Shown: positions 33,528 to 45,893 of the stretch, piece after piece
How positions within the stretch are numbered: the stretch's first letter is position 1
How the letters are laid out: the number at the start of each line of letters is the position of its first letter
Assembly: GCA_049999805.1 (NCBI GenBank)
Contig: JBNGIO010005874.1
Location: forward strand, 29,609-93,608
Source: Folioceros fuciformis
Taxonomy: Eukaryota
Reading direction: 5' to 3'
Length of the DNA: 64,000 bases
Notes under the pieces: model-generated
Told to the model about the DNA's origin: nothing
The model's input: only the letters and a program-made list of their open reading frames with translations
Database searches by the model: none
Position numbers and translations under genes: made by a program

Positions 33528-36220
33528 ATGATGGCAGCGATGGCGGCCCCGGCGCTGCAGGAACGCACATTTCTGCATGGCGGGAGCAACAGGCTGGCCT
33601 CCTCCCTCCCCCTGCGGCAGCGGAAGAAGCAGCAGCAGAGCTGTGTTCCATCCTGTGCTCTTGTGGGCTCCATGGCGGCGGAGCCGAGCCGGCGAGATAT
33701 CGATGCGGTTGATCAGGCTGGGCCTCGGCTCTACCATATTGCGACCATGGGGTGCCAGATGAACGTGGCGGACTCGGAGAGGATGGAGGGAGTGCTTTGT
33801 GCAAACGGGTATGCGCCTGCTGCCAATCCTGAGGACGCCTCGCTCTTCATCCTCAATACCTGCAGCATTCGGGACAGGTCCGAGCAAAAGGTACAGCAGG
33901 ATCTTCAGGGAATGTGGGGATAAGCTACAACGGAGGATGGGGTTGCTGGGTGATAAGGAAGGGTATTTTGTCAGCAGGAATGGACATGTTGGGAACGCTG
34001 GCACTCACTGGGGCCAGGTTGGTGTGTCAGGTGTATTCTGCTCTCGGTGTCCAAAAGGCGAGGAAGAGGGCAAACCCCAGCATGAAGATTGTGGTTGCTG
34101 GATGTGTGGCCCAGCAGGAAGGTGAAGCATTGCTACGGAGAGTGCCTGAAGTGGATTTGGTGATGGGCCCACAGCACGTAGGTCGGCTTCAGGAGCTGCT
34201 GGATCAGGTGCGGGTTGTCTTTGCTTCTGGTGCAATGTCGATTAGGCTGTGGGGAGGATGTGTGATGGGTGTTATGTGAGAATGGTGAGCAGGTGGATCA
34301 GGGGAGTCAAGTTTGTGCAACTGAGCCTATGTATATCATGGAAGACATCACAAAGCCTCGCAGGTACAGCTTCTTCCTTTTCTTTGAAGCAAAGCTGTTG
34401 TCCGTGTCTCAGTTTTTTGACATGTGGGAAAGGTATGATCTGTGGGCAGGAGCTCAACGACAACTGCATGGGTGAACGTGATTTACGGTCAGCTTCTGTG
34501 AACGTCTTTCACCGCGTTACGCATTTCTTGTGCGATCACCTTATTCATCTTCTGAGAATCTGGACATCAACTGTTTGCGGTTGCATGCAACAGGCTGTAA
34601 CGAGCACTGTACATATTGTGTCGTTCCTGGAGTTCGTGGTAAGGAGCAGTCTCGGGAGCCTGAAGCAATTAGGAAGGAGATGGTTGCAGTCGGAGCTGCT
34701 GGGTAAGTATATTGACAACAGAGCAACATCATTTCACCAGAACTTGTGACGATTTGGATGCTGCTGATACAAGCAATCGTTTGCTCAACATGCTAGGTAT
34801 AAAGAGGTGACTCTTTTGGGGCAGAATATAGATGCTTATGGGCGCGATCTTCCTGGGTTTGCAGCTGATGGATCTGGCCGTAGGCTGTGGACTCTGGCTG
34901 ACCTGTTGAAGTACGTCCATGACGTCCCTGGCATAGAGAGGATTCGATTTGCCACATCCCACGTAAGCATTAAGCGTCTGAGCAGGCTGGCTGTGGCTTT
35001 CTGGAATGGTTTGCTTCCTACTCTCACAATCCCTTCTCTGGTCCCATACAGCCACGGTACTTCACAGAACGACTCATTAAGGTGTGTGCCGACCTGCCCA
35101 AGGTCTGCAAGTACTTCCACATTCCATATCAATCAGGGGATAATGACATTCTCAAGGTATTTAAATCCTCATTGCTTCTCGTTCTGTAATGCCTTCGCTT
35201 CCCTCTTCTGTCTTAAACCATCCGTGGCATTGGCCTCGGCACAGACTATGCGGAGAGGATACACTGCTGAGAGATACCTAGACATCATCAGGAAAGTTCG
35301 GGAATACATGCCTGATTGCTCCATCAGCGCGGATGTCATCGTAGGCTTCCCTGGTAAGCATTCGGCTCTGCCACAAGAGTGCCACTGGTTTGAAGAGTGA
35401 ACGCTCATCTCCTCTAAACGAGAAAATCCATGTGGCAACAGGTGAAACAGAAGAGCAGTTTCTCAACACACTCAAGGTGATGAACGGTGGGTAGAGTGAC
35501 TTCCTCCATCCTGTACTCCGAACACTCATCTCCACTTCTTCTCTCACATATGATGCCCTCACATGATGCCTTCAGAGGTCAGGTTCGATCAAGTAAACAC
35601 TGCAGCGTACTCCCCGAGACCTGGGACCCCAGCAGCTCTCTGGGACAATCAGGTCGAATCTTCTTTTCTTCATTTCCGTATGCATCGCGTAGTGCATCTT
35701 CCTTCCCACGCCACCCCGCATGACACCGTTGCCCACGGTTCCCTCTCAGGTAGCTGACCTTATCAAAATGGATCGGCTCCACCGCATCAACAGGTTTTAC
35801 TCCTCACCCAACATCTTTTTTCTGGAGGTCCTTCCTTCTGATGTGTCTCAACACCTCTACTCTCGTGCAGTCTTCAACTGGAGCATTCCCTGGAACGAAG
35901 CCGGAGGTACATCGGTCGAGTGGAGAAAGTTCTGATAGAAGGACCCAACACCAAGCCCGGTCACGAACACCAGGTCCCACCCACACACCTTCCCCTTCCT
36001 TCCCTCACTTTCCACATCACATCAGAACTGGAAAAAAGCTCGAATCCAGTGCTGAACTAGTCAACTGCCACACCTGCAGGTGATGGGTCGAACAAGCACC
36101 AACCGCCTGGTGTTCCTCGAGGGAGGTCAGGATCGGATAGGCAGCATAGTGGATGTGAAAATCCTGGAAGCTCGGGCAGTGAGCCTCAGCGGTGTACTTT
36201 TCACTACCAGTTCCATCTAA
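33528..36220 (+). CDS. miaB: tRNA-2-methylthio-N6-dimethylallyladenosine synthase, cyanobacterial-type, probably plastid-targeted (about 13 exons)
   Basis: [53 protein letters not shown], radical-SAM [58 protein letters not shown] and a TRAM domain; TAA at 36218-36220. Confidence 0.95.
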
Positions 36221-37090
36221 AAAGCAGAGTTTTGGAAAGCCTCCACGTAGCAAAAACGGCTATTGCTCTCGGCACGAGCCGTATTCCTGCTCCCGTACCT
36301 GGACTTTCGTGCATTCCAAAAGAAGCCCCATGTGCCAGATCCCATCCACAACCAAGGTGGGGCGGTACACCCAGTGAACAAGCTCTACACAGCCCGGGAA
36401 CATCTCGTCAGGGCGGTGCTCGTGCGTCGTGTGCAAGGTGAGACTACACACCATTGGACCCGATAGACTTGCTATGTCTATCAGAGCACGAGAACCTTGA
36501 AGAGAGGCCATGGCAGGCTCCCGAAGCTCCCGGGGCCTCTGAGACGCGGTGACTGGGCCTATCTTGAGGTCAGATCCGACGCCCCCTGGACATACATCCA
36601 GAGATCCCATCTCCGGCCCCTGAAATCTCTCCCCCCACCCCGCAGACAAATTCAACAGGCACAATTTTATGCCTCCCATGTCTGAGTACAAATTGCCACG
36701 TCCAAGCTGCACCGTCCCGACACTCACGATCTGGACTCGGGCTGTTGACGTCACTGGCTTCACGTCGGTTCCCGACAGAAGTTGCCAACGTCTGAAGAGA
36801 AAGCGCCGCCGGTATACGCGCGCAATACGGAAAGGAGAGGGAGGTCCACACGTAGCGCAGCGCTGCTCAGAGCCGAGCATGATGCTCTCTTCCCTCGTCC
36901 TCATCTTTTAAGGTGACGCCGTGCCTGGAGGAAAGAAACTGGCGTCAGGCAGCAGCGCGTCCATGGATTGTGTGTACGTGCAAGACACGTGAGATGGTGA
37001 GCGAGGGGTGAGAGTTTCGCGACTAGTGCGTCTCACGCGACTCAAACGAATCAGGCGTTTCATGCGACTCAAAACTGCGTGCCTCTGGAC

Positions 37091-38339
37091 ATGGCGGACT
37101 GCAAGCCGAGGAGTCGGGTTCCCGGGGCGGTGAATCTGGTGATCCGGAGAGATTCTCCGAGAGTGGTAGAGACGGAGCCGGAGAATTTCAGGGAGGTGGT
37201 GCAGCGGCTGACGGGGTTGCGGAGGACGAGGCACCAGCAGCCCAGGAGCAGACCTTCCAAGAACGCGCAGAGGCTGAGGAGAAGCTCGAGTTTCAGCCCG
37301 AGCGTGGGAGGGAAGGTGGAGACGGATATGACGTCCCTTGCCACTACATCACTTCCTGCTACCTCTCCATTGTCGAAGATGGAGAATGGTAGGGAGGAGG
37401 GGAGTCACGACCACCATCGGCATCGTGAAGTTCGGATTGATGTTTCTTGTGGGTTTGGGGCAGAGTGCAATCAGCTGACGCAGCCCACGCTGCGAAGCCC
37501 GGACAGCGTGCTGCAGATGGACCGGTACCTGGAAGCCGCGGCCACCGTGTGGCCGACAACGCAAGACGCGTGCAGTATTAATGGGCTGGCCATGGCTGCT
37601 GGCAGCGCTCCAGCGGTACCTCCGTCCTGGGCCGGCTCCGTTTCTCTTGAGCTTCTCCCGCCTGCTCATCTCCTGCAGGTGGACGATTGGACCAGGTTTC
37701 CATCTTGTTTGGATCCATTCATCCTCTGCACTCCTGCACGACGATGCCTCATCTGCAGTACTGTGCGTGGCTTTTCTTGCAGGACAGCATTTGTGCTTCT
37801 GCTTCTACTGCTGCTCCTGAGCTGCAGGAGCCCGTAAGCTTTTTCATCGGCCAGACCGTGAACGTCCATCCGTGCGAGTGTCTCTGGGACAGCACCTTCC
37901 CGATCTGCCCGATCAACGACCACTCCTTCCCTGCAACCCAGGGTACCGGTACCTCGGATGCAGAGCTGGTTAGTTTCCAGTCCGCTTACGGCTACGAACT
38001 CCAGGCCGACCTGCAGGAGGCATTGAGCAGTATGCCAGACTTCTCACCTCCTGTCGACTCCCAGACTGCGCTGCCTTTCATACACTGCATATCATCCTGT
38101 TCCCACCGAGCTCATAGAAGCTTGTCTGTTGCCTGGCAGGGCCGTCTACGGAGTTCGAGCAGCTGGCCATAGCCTCTACTTCCGCAGCCTGCAAGGAGAC
38201 AGCCACTCCGGCTCCTTCCAATCCCTGGTTTTGGGTGGACGATAACCTCGATGAACGGCATGTGCCCGTGCCAATGCCCGACCCTCAGCCTCCAAGCATC
38301 TTCCAGCTCCAAACCAGATCCCCCTGGGATGGCTTCTAA
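37091..38339 (+). CDS. VQ-motif protein with introns (3' structure uncertain)
   Basis: PRVVETEPENFREVVQRLTG matches the FxxxVQxLTG motif; plausible GT-AG intron 37679-37782 and an open terminal exon ending TAA at 38337-38339. Confidence 0.8.
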
Positions 38340-38634
38340 TCAGGCGTCCCCCGCCATGCTGTTTGTGAATACTTCCGGACTCGAATTTGGTACATAACAA
38401 GGTCTCCCGGCCATCTCATGGTTTTTCCCATCCCATATAGCCAACCCAGAAATCATGCAATAAAAGTGTGAAAATAAACTTTTGGGATAGTTTGTCGCGT
38501 CTCGCTTCATTCGGTAAGCACAAGGAGGGAAACATGTGTTGCCAAGGGCTAACAATGTTGTTTCACGACCGATCGTGGAGGTTCGGCCTTCACAGCTTGG
38601 CGGCCCTATGTTGTTTAGACGACATGTCTGATGG

Positions 38635-39582
38635 TTACGGGCTGTCGGAGGTGAGCTGCTTGGATCGGAGGTGCAGGAAATCAGCCATTCTTTGCAGCAT
38701 GACTGGCGGCCATCGGCGGATGCGACGCAGCCAGTCCTGGTCCCGGTACAGGGCACAGCCGTCCCCAGACTCGATCTGGTAGCAAGCAAAACGCCATTCC
38801 TGCTCGGCCAGGCCCTCCAGCCCCTGGCCCCAGTGCAGAGCTGCAAGGGCTGCTCTAGCATCCACGCTCCCGGGCGCACGTCGAGCAACGGCCGCCAGCT
38901 CGCGCATTCCGGCCTCCTCGTCCCCGAGCTGCACGCGCATCAGCGCGGCGTTGGCGGCGGCCATCGCCGAGGCGTCCCGCTGCCGAGCACGCTCGAAGGC
39001 TAGTGCGCTCGCGGCGTAGTCCCCGAGCGCGTCCTCGAATCTGGCAGCCGCGGCCAGCGCGGTGCCCCGACTGTTGGGCACGAACGGATCGGGCCCGGCC
39101 ACTGCCAGCGCTTGAGTGTAGTCGGCGATGGCGGCGTCCCAGGCAGCCAGACCCTCGCTGGCCAGCGCCCGCGCGGCCAGAGCGCGGGGGTTGCCGGGGC
39201 TGCGCCTCAGCACCTCGTCCATATCCGCCACGGCTTCTTGGAATCGCTTCGCATCCAGCCGCGCCTGGCCGCGGGCCTCGAGCCAGGCCTCCTGGCCGGG
39301 GTCTGCCAAGACTGCCGCGTCCCAGAGCTCGCAAGCTCGGTTTACGGATCCCGCCGCCCATGCCTCTGCTGCCTCCACCGCCAGCTGCTCCGCCTGCCGC
39401 TGAGCTGCTGGCGACGGAGGTGGCGGTGGCGATGCTGCAGAAACCGGCCGCGGTCCTAACCCTAGCGCCAGCCCGAGGAGGACTTCCCGCCGGAGGAGAA
39501 GGTACGTCGGCTTCACTTGCTGCTGCCGCGGTGACGCTCTGATGCTGCAGGAACAGGCTGGAAGGTACAACGTTGTAGACAT
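38635..39582 (-). CDS. TPR-repeat protein of cyanobacterial-type family with a putative Tat thylakoid-lumen signal; intronless and GC-rich
   Basis: Bipartite N-terminus with RREVLLGLALGLG..VSAA; 4-5 TPR repeats; C-terminal ARAALAALHWGQG..AEQEW..YRDQDWLRRIRRWPP. Confidence 0.85.
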   Translation of the reverse strand: MSTTLYLPACSCSIRASPRQQQVKPTYLLLRREVLLGLALGLGPRPVSAASPPPPPSPAAQRQAEQLAVEAAEAWAAGSVNRACELWDAAVLADPGQEAWLEARGQARLDAKRFQEAVADMDEVLRRSPGNPRALAARALASEGLAAWDAAIADYTQALAVAGPDPFVPNSRGTALAAAARFEDALGDYAASALAFERARQRDASAMAAANAALMRVQLGDEEAGMRELAAVARRAPGSVDARAALAALHWGQGLEGLAEQEWRFACYQIESGDGCALYRDQDWLRRIRRWPPVMLQRMADFLHLRSKQLTSDSP

Positions 39583-41632
39583 GGTATGGCGAGGGCTGCA
39601 TCACACGCCTCTCGGACGCTGTTTTTGTATGAAGAAGCTCTGCGCGATTTTATCTTCCCCATTCCAGCCGTTTTTGTGGAAGCTTGGTTTCAAGCGTGCT
39701 TAGTAAGTGTGTATTGGAGAGCACCTCGCGAAGCGTGAGGGAGAGCAGTCGAGGGTCATTCGAACGAGGTGAATCTTGCAGACACTGAAAATGGATTGGA
39801 TAGCTTGCTGCTGTGGAATTGACACACGCTGGAAATGGTTTGCACGACTTGCTATTGCTTTGGAATTTTGCCTCAGCTCGGGATGTTGCCGGAAGTTACA
39901 TATTGGACAGTTTGGAGCTTTCATTGAAAGATGTGGCGGACTTTGGTACAGGTCTTCAGCCGCAGAAAAGGCCATCGAATGTACTCGGAATATGATTTGT
40001 CTACATGTTTACGTCTTTCACCTCGGCTACTGCTCTATTCCGAAAGGATCAGGGAGCTTGGACGAATAACAGCACCATCTTAATACAGCCCACACTTCCA
40101 CTGGTTGGATGCTGTTTCCGACAAGGCAGCTTCCAGGTCTACCACCTCTGCTCCGTGAGATACTGTGAATTGCCCGACATCGCACTCGAGACATTTATCG
40201 TCAGCCTGACATAGTTGCACTACGTGGGCACCGACAGCTCTATCTTCACTCCCATGATCCTGGGGTTGCTTCATCTCATTCCCACACCCAGCTTTTTCAT
40301 CGCTTTCATCAGCTTCAGATAGCTTCATCGCATCGTCAGCTGCAGCTCTCTCATCGAATTCGTCAGGTTGAGGCCGCTCCACCTCGTCGTCGGCAACATC
40401 TCTTTCGTCAATCTCATCAGAATGAGGTAGCTTCACGAGATGGTCCAAACATCATGCCCTCGTCCTTGCTGTGTGCGGAGGGTAGACAATTCTTAGTGTG
40501 CCATGGGCTTTTTTCAGATCAAATCCCATTGCGGGACTGCGATGCATACCTTGAAATCCCTGTACACAAAAGCTCCTTTCTTAAAAACTACAATGTTTCT
40601 CACGGCCCCAAGCGAGGCTGACTGTTCGCAGCTTCACCATCTTTGACTTGGCATGGCTGCGGGAAGGGTGGTTGTATCTGGCATGTACTGTAGTATGATT
40701 GCAGCTCCTGTGGCTGAGGAACCTTGACACAGACCTAGCTCAGGAATCCTGGTCCTGAGCAGGACTCAACCAGATCTGCAAGGAAGTAGGCCTGCTAGGA
40801 GCATGCCTGAACCACGATCCTGCCGGGTTCACTCAGGCGTGAATCCGTCCTCTTTTGCTATGATGTGTCTTTCATGAGCAAACCAGACGGACTGCTATGG
40901 TCGGTGCCCTGTTGATACGCCAGCTATCAATCTCCTGAACCCGTATCGGACTCCTGTAAGTCGAGCTTCTGACTAGGCAGGCACATGTCATGACGTGCCA
41001 AACCCACACTATCCAGCCAGCAATCAAGCAACGAGGACAGACCTTCGTGGTCGATGACTCCTTTGCTCTGCCATTCTGGGACTGAAAGAATCAGCACAGC
41101 GAGTCCCCACACCGTTCCCCGCTACTTCCGCAATCCTCACAAGTACCCCAGGCTGTCTCACAGACTCCGGCCCGCACACGTCCTTTCGCACCCGATGCGA
41201 TGAGGGGCACACTCTCCCGACGAAGCGAGACGGAGAAGCAAATTCGATGGGCAGGCGCATGATCTGGCTGTGCACTCCTGGCTGGGAGACGAGAACAAAA
41301 CGCGGACGTGAGACCGGTTTTCCATGCTGTCCGAGACCCGCGTCTCTTTCCTCAAGACTGCAACAGCGTGAGAGAGAAGAGAATAGAGGAACATGCTCTG
41401 ACAGGTTCCGGACGGGTTCCAGTGCTGTGCGATGGGCAGGTAGGGATGCTTAAACGAGAAGTCTTGGCCAAAGAACGTCCAGGGCTAGATGAAGAAAATG
41501 ATTTTCCGTCTATGTACATAGGTATTTGTGAACGTTGGGTACTACGTGGCGCTGGTTAGCCCAAGCAGCTATGCTTGGTGTTCCCTTTGGCGTGCCCGTT
41601 GTGACAACGTGCTAGGGCTCCTACTCCTACAT

Positions 41633-42980
41633 ATGGTAGCAGCACCTCCCATTGTTGCGATGGCGGCTGCAGCCCCGTCCGTCCTCACCACCCACCATTT
41701 GCACCTTTCACGGTGGAGAGCACGCTCTTCTGAAGGTACATGGCTTCAAGCTGCTTGTCCCAAAAGCCTCGTTGCTTGATGTTCGCTAGGGCTAGATGCA
41801 CCTGACTCGCATGGACTGCGTTCATGGGTGGGGCCGCATTCCCTCTTCGGCCTCTGTAGCTCTTTTGGGTCTTGTTGCTGCACATCTGAATTCAGATAAA
41901 TTAGATCACGTGGCCTTCAAGGAAATGTTGTTCTTTCTGAGCCAGAGTGGGAGCTTGCTTGGTGGGGAGGGACATTGCGTAAGTTTGGTAGGGGGAACGA
42001 GATTGGGAGGGTTTCGCGGGAATGGGGAATGCATGCAAAGGCTTCAAGCTCTGAGATGTGGTGGAGCTGGGCAACGTCTGTCGCAGTGCTGTGATTGGTA
42101 CCCTCTTATGCAATCAATTATGGTGCAGGTTGGCCCTTTCTCAGCAATTGGAAGTCGGGGCCAAAACCGCTGTGTCCAACAGATCTAGCAAGGAATGCTG
42201 ACTGCCCTCGACCTCATTGTGCGATGAGTCAATCCTCACGGAATCCACGGCAGGTACCCTAAGTTTGCTCTTGCCTCCCTCGCCTGTCAGAGCGGCAGGT
42301 ACCCTAAGCTTGCTCTCGCCTCCCTCGCCTCCCTCTGGCAGGGAAGAAGTAGGGGTGGGTTGATGCTGGCGATGAGCGGTTCTGGCGTGACTGCCCTCCA
42401 GAGGAACTGGTGACTTCTGTTATCTTCTTTCGCGGATGTGATTGCTGCAATCCCGAGTTTAGGATTTGGCTCGTGTAGCGTCCAGCTTGAGAGACTGTGG
42501 AGGTAGGTTTAGAGTTTTCAGTCCTTTGTCGAGAGAGTCGATTTCCTCCGTCATGCACTGGCGGTGAGGTTGGTCTTCCCTGACAGACTCTCCGCTCTAC
42601 TCAAGATCTTCTTGAGTGCCCCTTGGTGGGTGATTCTATGATGGAGTAGTTTGCAGTGGTTGGTTAGCTTATCTCTTTCCTGGGCCCTGCAGGTTCTAGC
42701 AAAGGGAGTAGCCCGGCGCATGCTCTATGAGGAATCAGACTCTTATGTGCTCATCGAACCGGGCCAAGAAGAGGTGTTTGTGAATCTAGAAGAGCTGCAG
42801 ATTAGGCTGAAGCATTGGCTAGAGAATTGGCCAGGCAAGGAGCTGCCCTCAGATCTGGCCAGATTTGAGGCTGTAGATGACGCCGTAGATTATCTCACAG
42901 ACTCTGCATGTGAGCTGGATCTTGGTGGTGGTCGGGGTTCTATGCAATGGTTTCGTGTTCGCCTAGACAATGAAGCCTGA
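41633..42980 (+). CDS. CRR7: Chlororespiratory reduction 7 (NDH assembly factor)
   Basis: Transit-peptide exons 41633-41734 and 42129-42253 splice in frame to VLAKGVARRMLYEESDSYVLIEPGQEEVFVNLEEL..LENWP..LPSDLARF..ACELDL..MQWFRVRL. Confidence 0.9.
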
Positions 42981-43585
42981 CCGGCATATTTGCCAAATGC
43001 AATGCAGTGTGATGCTTCCTTCCTCCGGGGAACATCTGGCAGAACTCTTTCAGTCTCTTCATTGTGTCTGATTTCCATCTTTCTTCTGTCACACGAACGT
43101 ATGTCTCTATTTTGGTTGTGAAGACCATAAACTCACGAATCAGTTACTTCCCTGAATGTGCATCGTTGCCATGGTTCATCTGGACTGTCATCCAGTATAA
43201 GCTCAGGATGCGAAGGCCTGAAACTTTGCGCAAACTTTGGTCTGTCAAAGCGAGCCATGACCCTGGGATCATCCTCACCGCGCGTACTCATGTTCCTTTG
43301 TGTGTTGCTGCAGTGGTAGATGACAAACCAACTTGGGGAGCAGCGTCATCTTCATGTTCATGCCCATGTGAGAATGACTTGGTACATCTGCAGCGGCTGC
43401 CAGGCATTTTGCAATAGCTCAAGTGGGCTCCTGTTTCTGCGACTTTGTTCTGTTCTATTTCTGTTCCGTCACTAGGTTTTCAGGTTCAGGCAATTCCTCC
43501 TCCCCAGTTCCAATGACCTACTTAGTTTTACTTGTGTCAGGGAACAAGAGATGATTAGTGGCTGAGTTGCCGTCCTCGAGTCACC

Positions 43586-44657
43586 ATGGACAAGATTTGG
43601 GATGCTCATGTCAGGGGTGAACCAATCAAAATGTTCACTGCCAACTATTATGCAGCATGTGCTGCTGGAGGAATGCTGTCAACTGGTGCCACGCACCTGC
43701 TAATAACTCCTCTTGATGTGCTGAAGGTCAACATGCAGGTTTGTGGATCGAGTTTCTCGTACTTTGATGCTTCTTACAAGAAGGAACGTTTGCATCACTA
43801 GGGTGTGTGTGGGAAAGGTCAGCAATTGCTAACAACTTGTCGCCACGATCTCTGGCCAGGTAAATCCCATGAAATACAACAGCACTCGCACGGGGCTGGG
43901 AACTCTGTGGCGGGAGCAAGGAATGCCAGGGCTCTGGAGGGGTTGGGGCGGGAAGCTGTGTGGCTACAGTGTGCAAGGTGCTTGCAAGTTTGGATTCTAT
44001 GAGTACTTCAAGAAACTGTATTGTGATGTCCTGGGCCCGGTGAACGTGGAGCGTCGCAAAACTCCCATCTACATGGCTGCCAGTGCTTCAGCAACACTCA
44101 TTGCTGATGTTACATTGTGCCCCTTCGAGGCTGTCAAAGTGCGTGTGCAGACCAGGCCAGGCTACGCAAAGGGGTTGCTAGATGGGTTCCCTAAGATGTT
44201 CAGGTCTGAAGGCATCCTCTCATTCTACAAAGGGCTTGTTCCCCTCTGGGGTCGGAACTTGCCCTTCGCCATGATCATGTTTTCATCCTTCGAGCACTCG
44301 GTGGATCTTCTGTACACCAAGGTCGTGAGAGTGCCCAGAACGGAGTGCTCGAAAGGCACTCAGCTGGGGGTGACATGTGTGGCTGGTTACATGTCGGGCA
44401 TCATGGGAACAATTGTGTCAAATCCTGCTGACAACATCGTCACCTACATGTACAAGACCAAGACTACAACAACGTTTTCGCAGGCAGCAAGGGAGATTGG
44501 GCTTGTGGGGCTCTTCACGAGAAGTCTGCCTCTGCGGATGATGATAGTCGGACCCATTGTCGCAAGCCAGTGGTTCGCGTATGACACACTGAAGGTCCTT
44601 CTAGGCTTACCCACCAGCGGCGGTGTCGACCATCATCTCAAGGCATCAGGAGAGTAG
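43586..44657 (+). CDS. Mitochondrial phosphate carrier (PHT3/MPT family)
   Basis: YYAACAAGGMLSTGATHLLITPLDVLKVNMQ|VNP, GYSVQGACKFGFYEYFKK, LCPFEAVKVRVQT, PLWGRNLP, VSNPADN, LGLPTSGG; one intron 43739-43859. Confidence 0.95.
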
Positions 44658-45104
44658 CAATACCATCGGAGTAGTTCAGCCTGCCATCCGGCCGTCCAAT
44701 CATCGAATTGCTTCACAGGTCATGTCGAGTCTTGGATCCAAACGAACAGCAGTTCCCACTTTGCTTAAATGCAGTCAGTCTTCAGTCAGTAAGCAATTGT
44801 CTGAGCCGTCAGACGTTCGTCCGGATGCCTAATTGCATGCAATGGGAGGCAAGAATTGGCTGTTATCCTGCAAGTGCTGTTTTCCACACTTTCAAACAGA
44901 TGGAGAAAAAAAAAACTTTCGCATAGCCATTGGCAGAGAGGAACTCCGGCGGAGAGATCTCACGACATGTGAACCATACTGCCGCAACATGGTTGTCACA
45001 ACCACCTAAACCCTCGACCTGGGCCACTGGCAAACAAGTAGTAAGCCACAGTAATCACTCTTCATGCCTTCGATTCAAGGTTCAGGGTTTAACACTACCA
45101 CTCT

Positions 45105-45755
45105 TCATGCCTTGGGTGCGTCGGGCTGCTTCTTAGGGACGGAGTCGCGCACTTCAGGAAGCTCATACAAGGCCTGCCCAATGCGCGTGAGTGTTGGAAA
45201 GTGAGTCATGTCCACCCCATACCGCTCAGCGCTGCCCAGCTGAGGGATGAGCACAACGTCCGCCAGAGTGAGCTCGTCTCCGAAGCAATATTTCCCTGCA
45301 GACGGCCGCAAAATCTGCTCCAAGGCCTTAAACCCCGTACTGATCCAGTGCTGGTTCCAGCGCAGCCGCTCCTCGGCCCCAAGCTTCTCCTCCACCCACA
45401 GCCCAATCCGCAGATTCTGCAGCGGCTGGATCCCGCTGGAAACCACCGCCAGCGCCCGCCTCACGGCCGCCCGCGCTTTCGGGTCTCGAGGAAGCAGCGG
45501 CTTGACATCCGGGTACCGCTCCTCCAGAAACTCCAGAATGGCGATGGAGTCGGCGATGGCAGCTCCATCCACCTCCAACACCGGCACCGTCCCTAGAGGA
45601 TTGAGCTTGGTGAAATCATCGCGAAACTGCTCCCCGGTCCCGATGTTCACGGCCCGGTACTCGTAGTGCAAGCCCTTGAACGCCAAAGCTAGCCGCACCC
45701 GCCATGCGCACGAACTGTGCCAGAAAGCATGTAACACTATCGTCTGTTCCGCCAT
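45105..45755 (-). CDS. GSTZ: Glutathione S-transferase zeta (maleylacetoacetate isomerase), intronless
   Basis: SSCAWRVRLALAFKGL, LNPLGTVPVL, DSIAILEFLEE, SGIQPLQNL, YCFGDELTLADV, P-x-x-QPDAP tail. Confidence 0.95.
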   Translation of the reverse strand: MAEQTIVLHAFWHSSCAWRVRLALAFKGLHYEYRAVNIGTGEQFRDDFTKLNPLGTVPVLEVDGAAIADSIAILEFLEERYPDVKPLLPRDPKARAAVRRALAVVSSGIQPLQNLRIGLWVEEKLGAEERLRWNQHWISTGFKALEQILRPSAGKYCFGDELTLADVVLIPQLGSAERYGVDMTHFPTLTRIGQALYELPEVRDSVPKKQPDAPKA

Positions 45756-45893
45756 AGACACGCCGCTGCTACCGTTTCCAACCGAGATACAACTTCGCAC
45801 CTGCATGTCTTTATGGGCTAGCCGTAAAAATCAGGTGGCCAGGTCTGGGCCCCACTGACACTGTCCTTACACGAGTGTGCCTGAAAAGGTTCG

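Noticed and set aside
38855-39604. Several long overlapping ORFs across the TPR gene
   Set aside because: Expected from very high GC; Arg/Gly/Ala-rich with no motifs.
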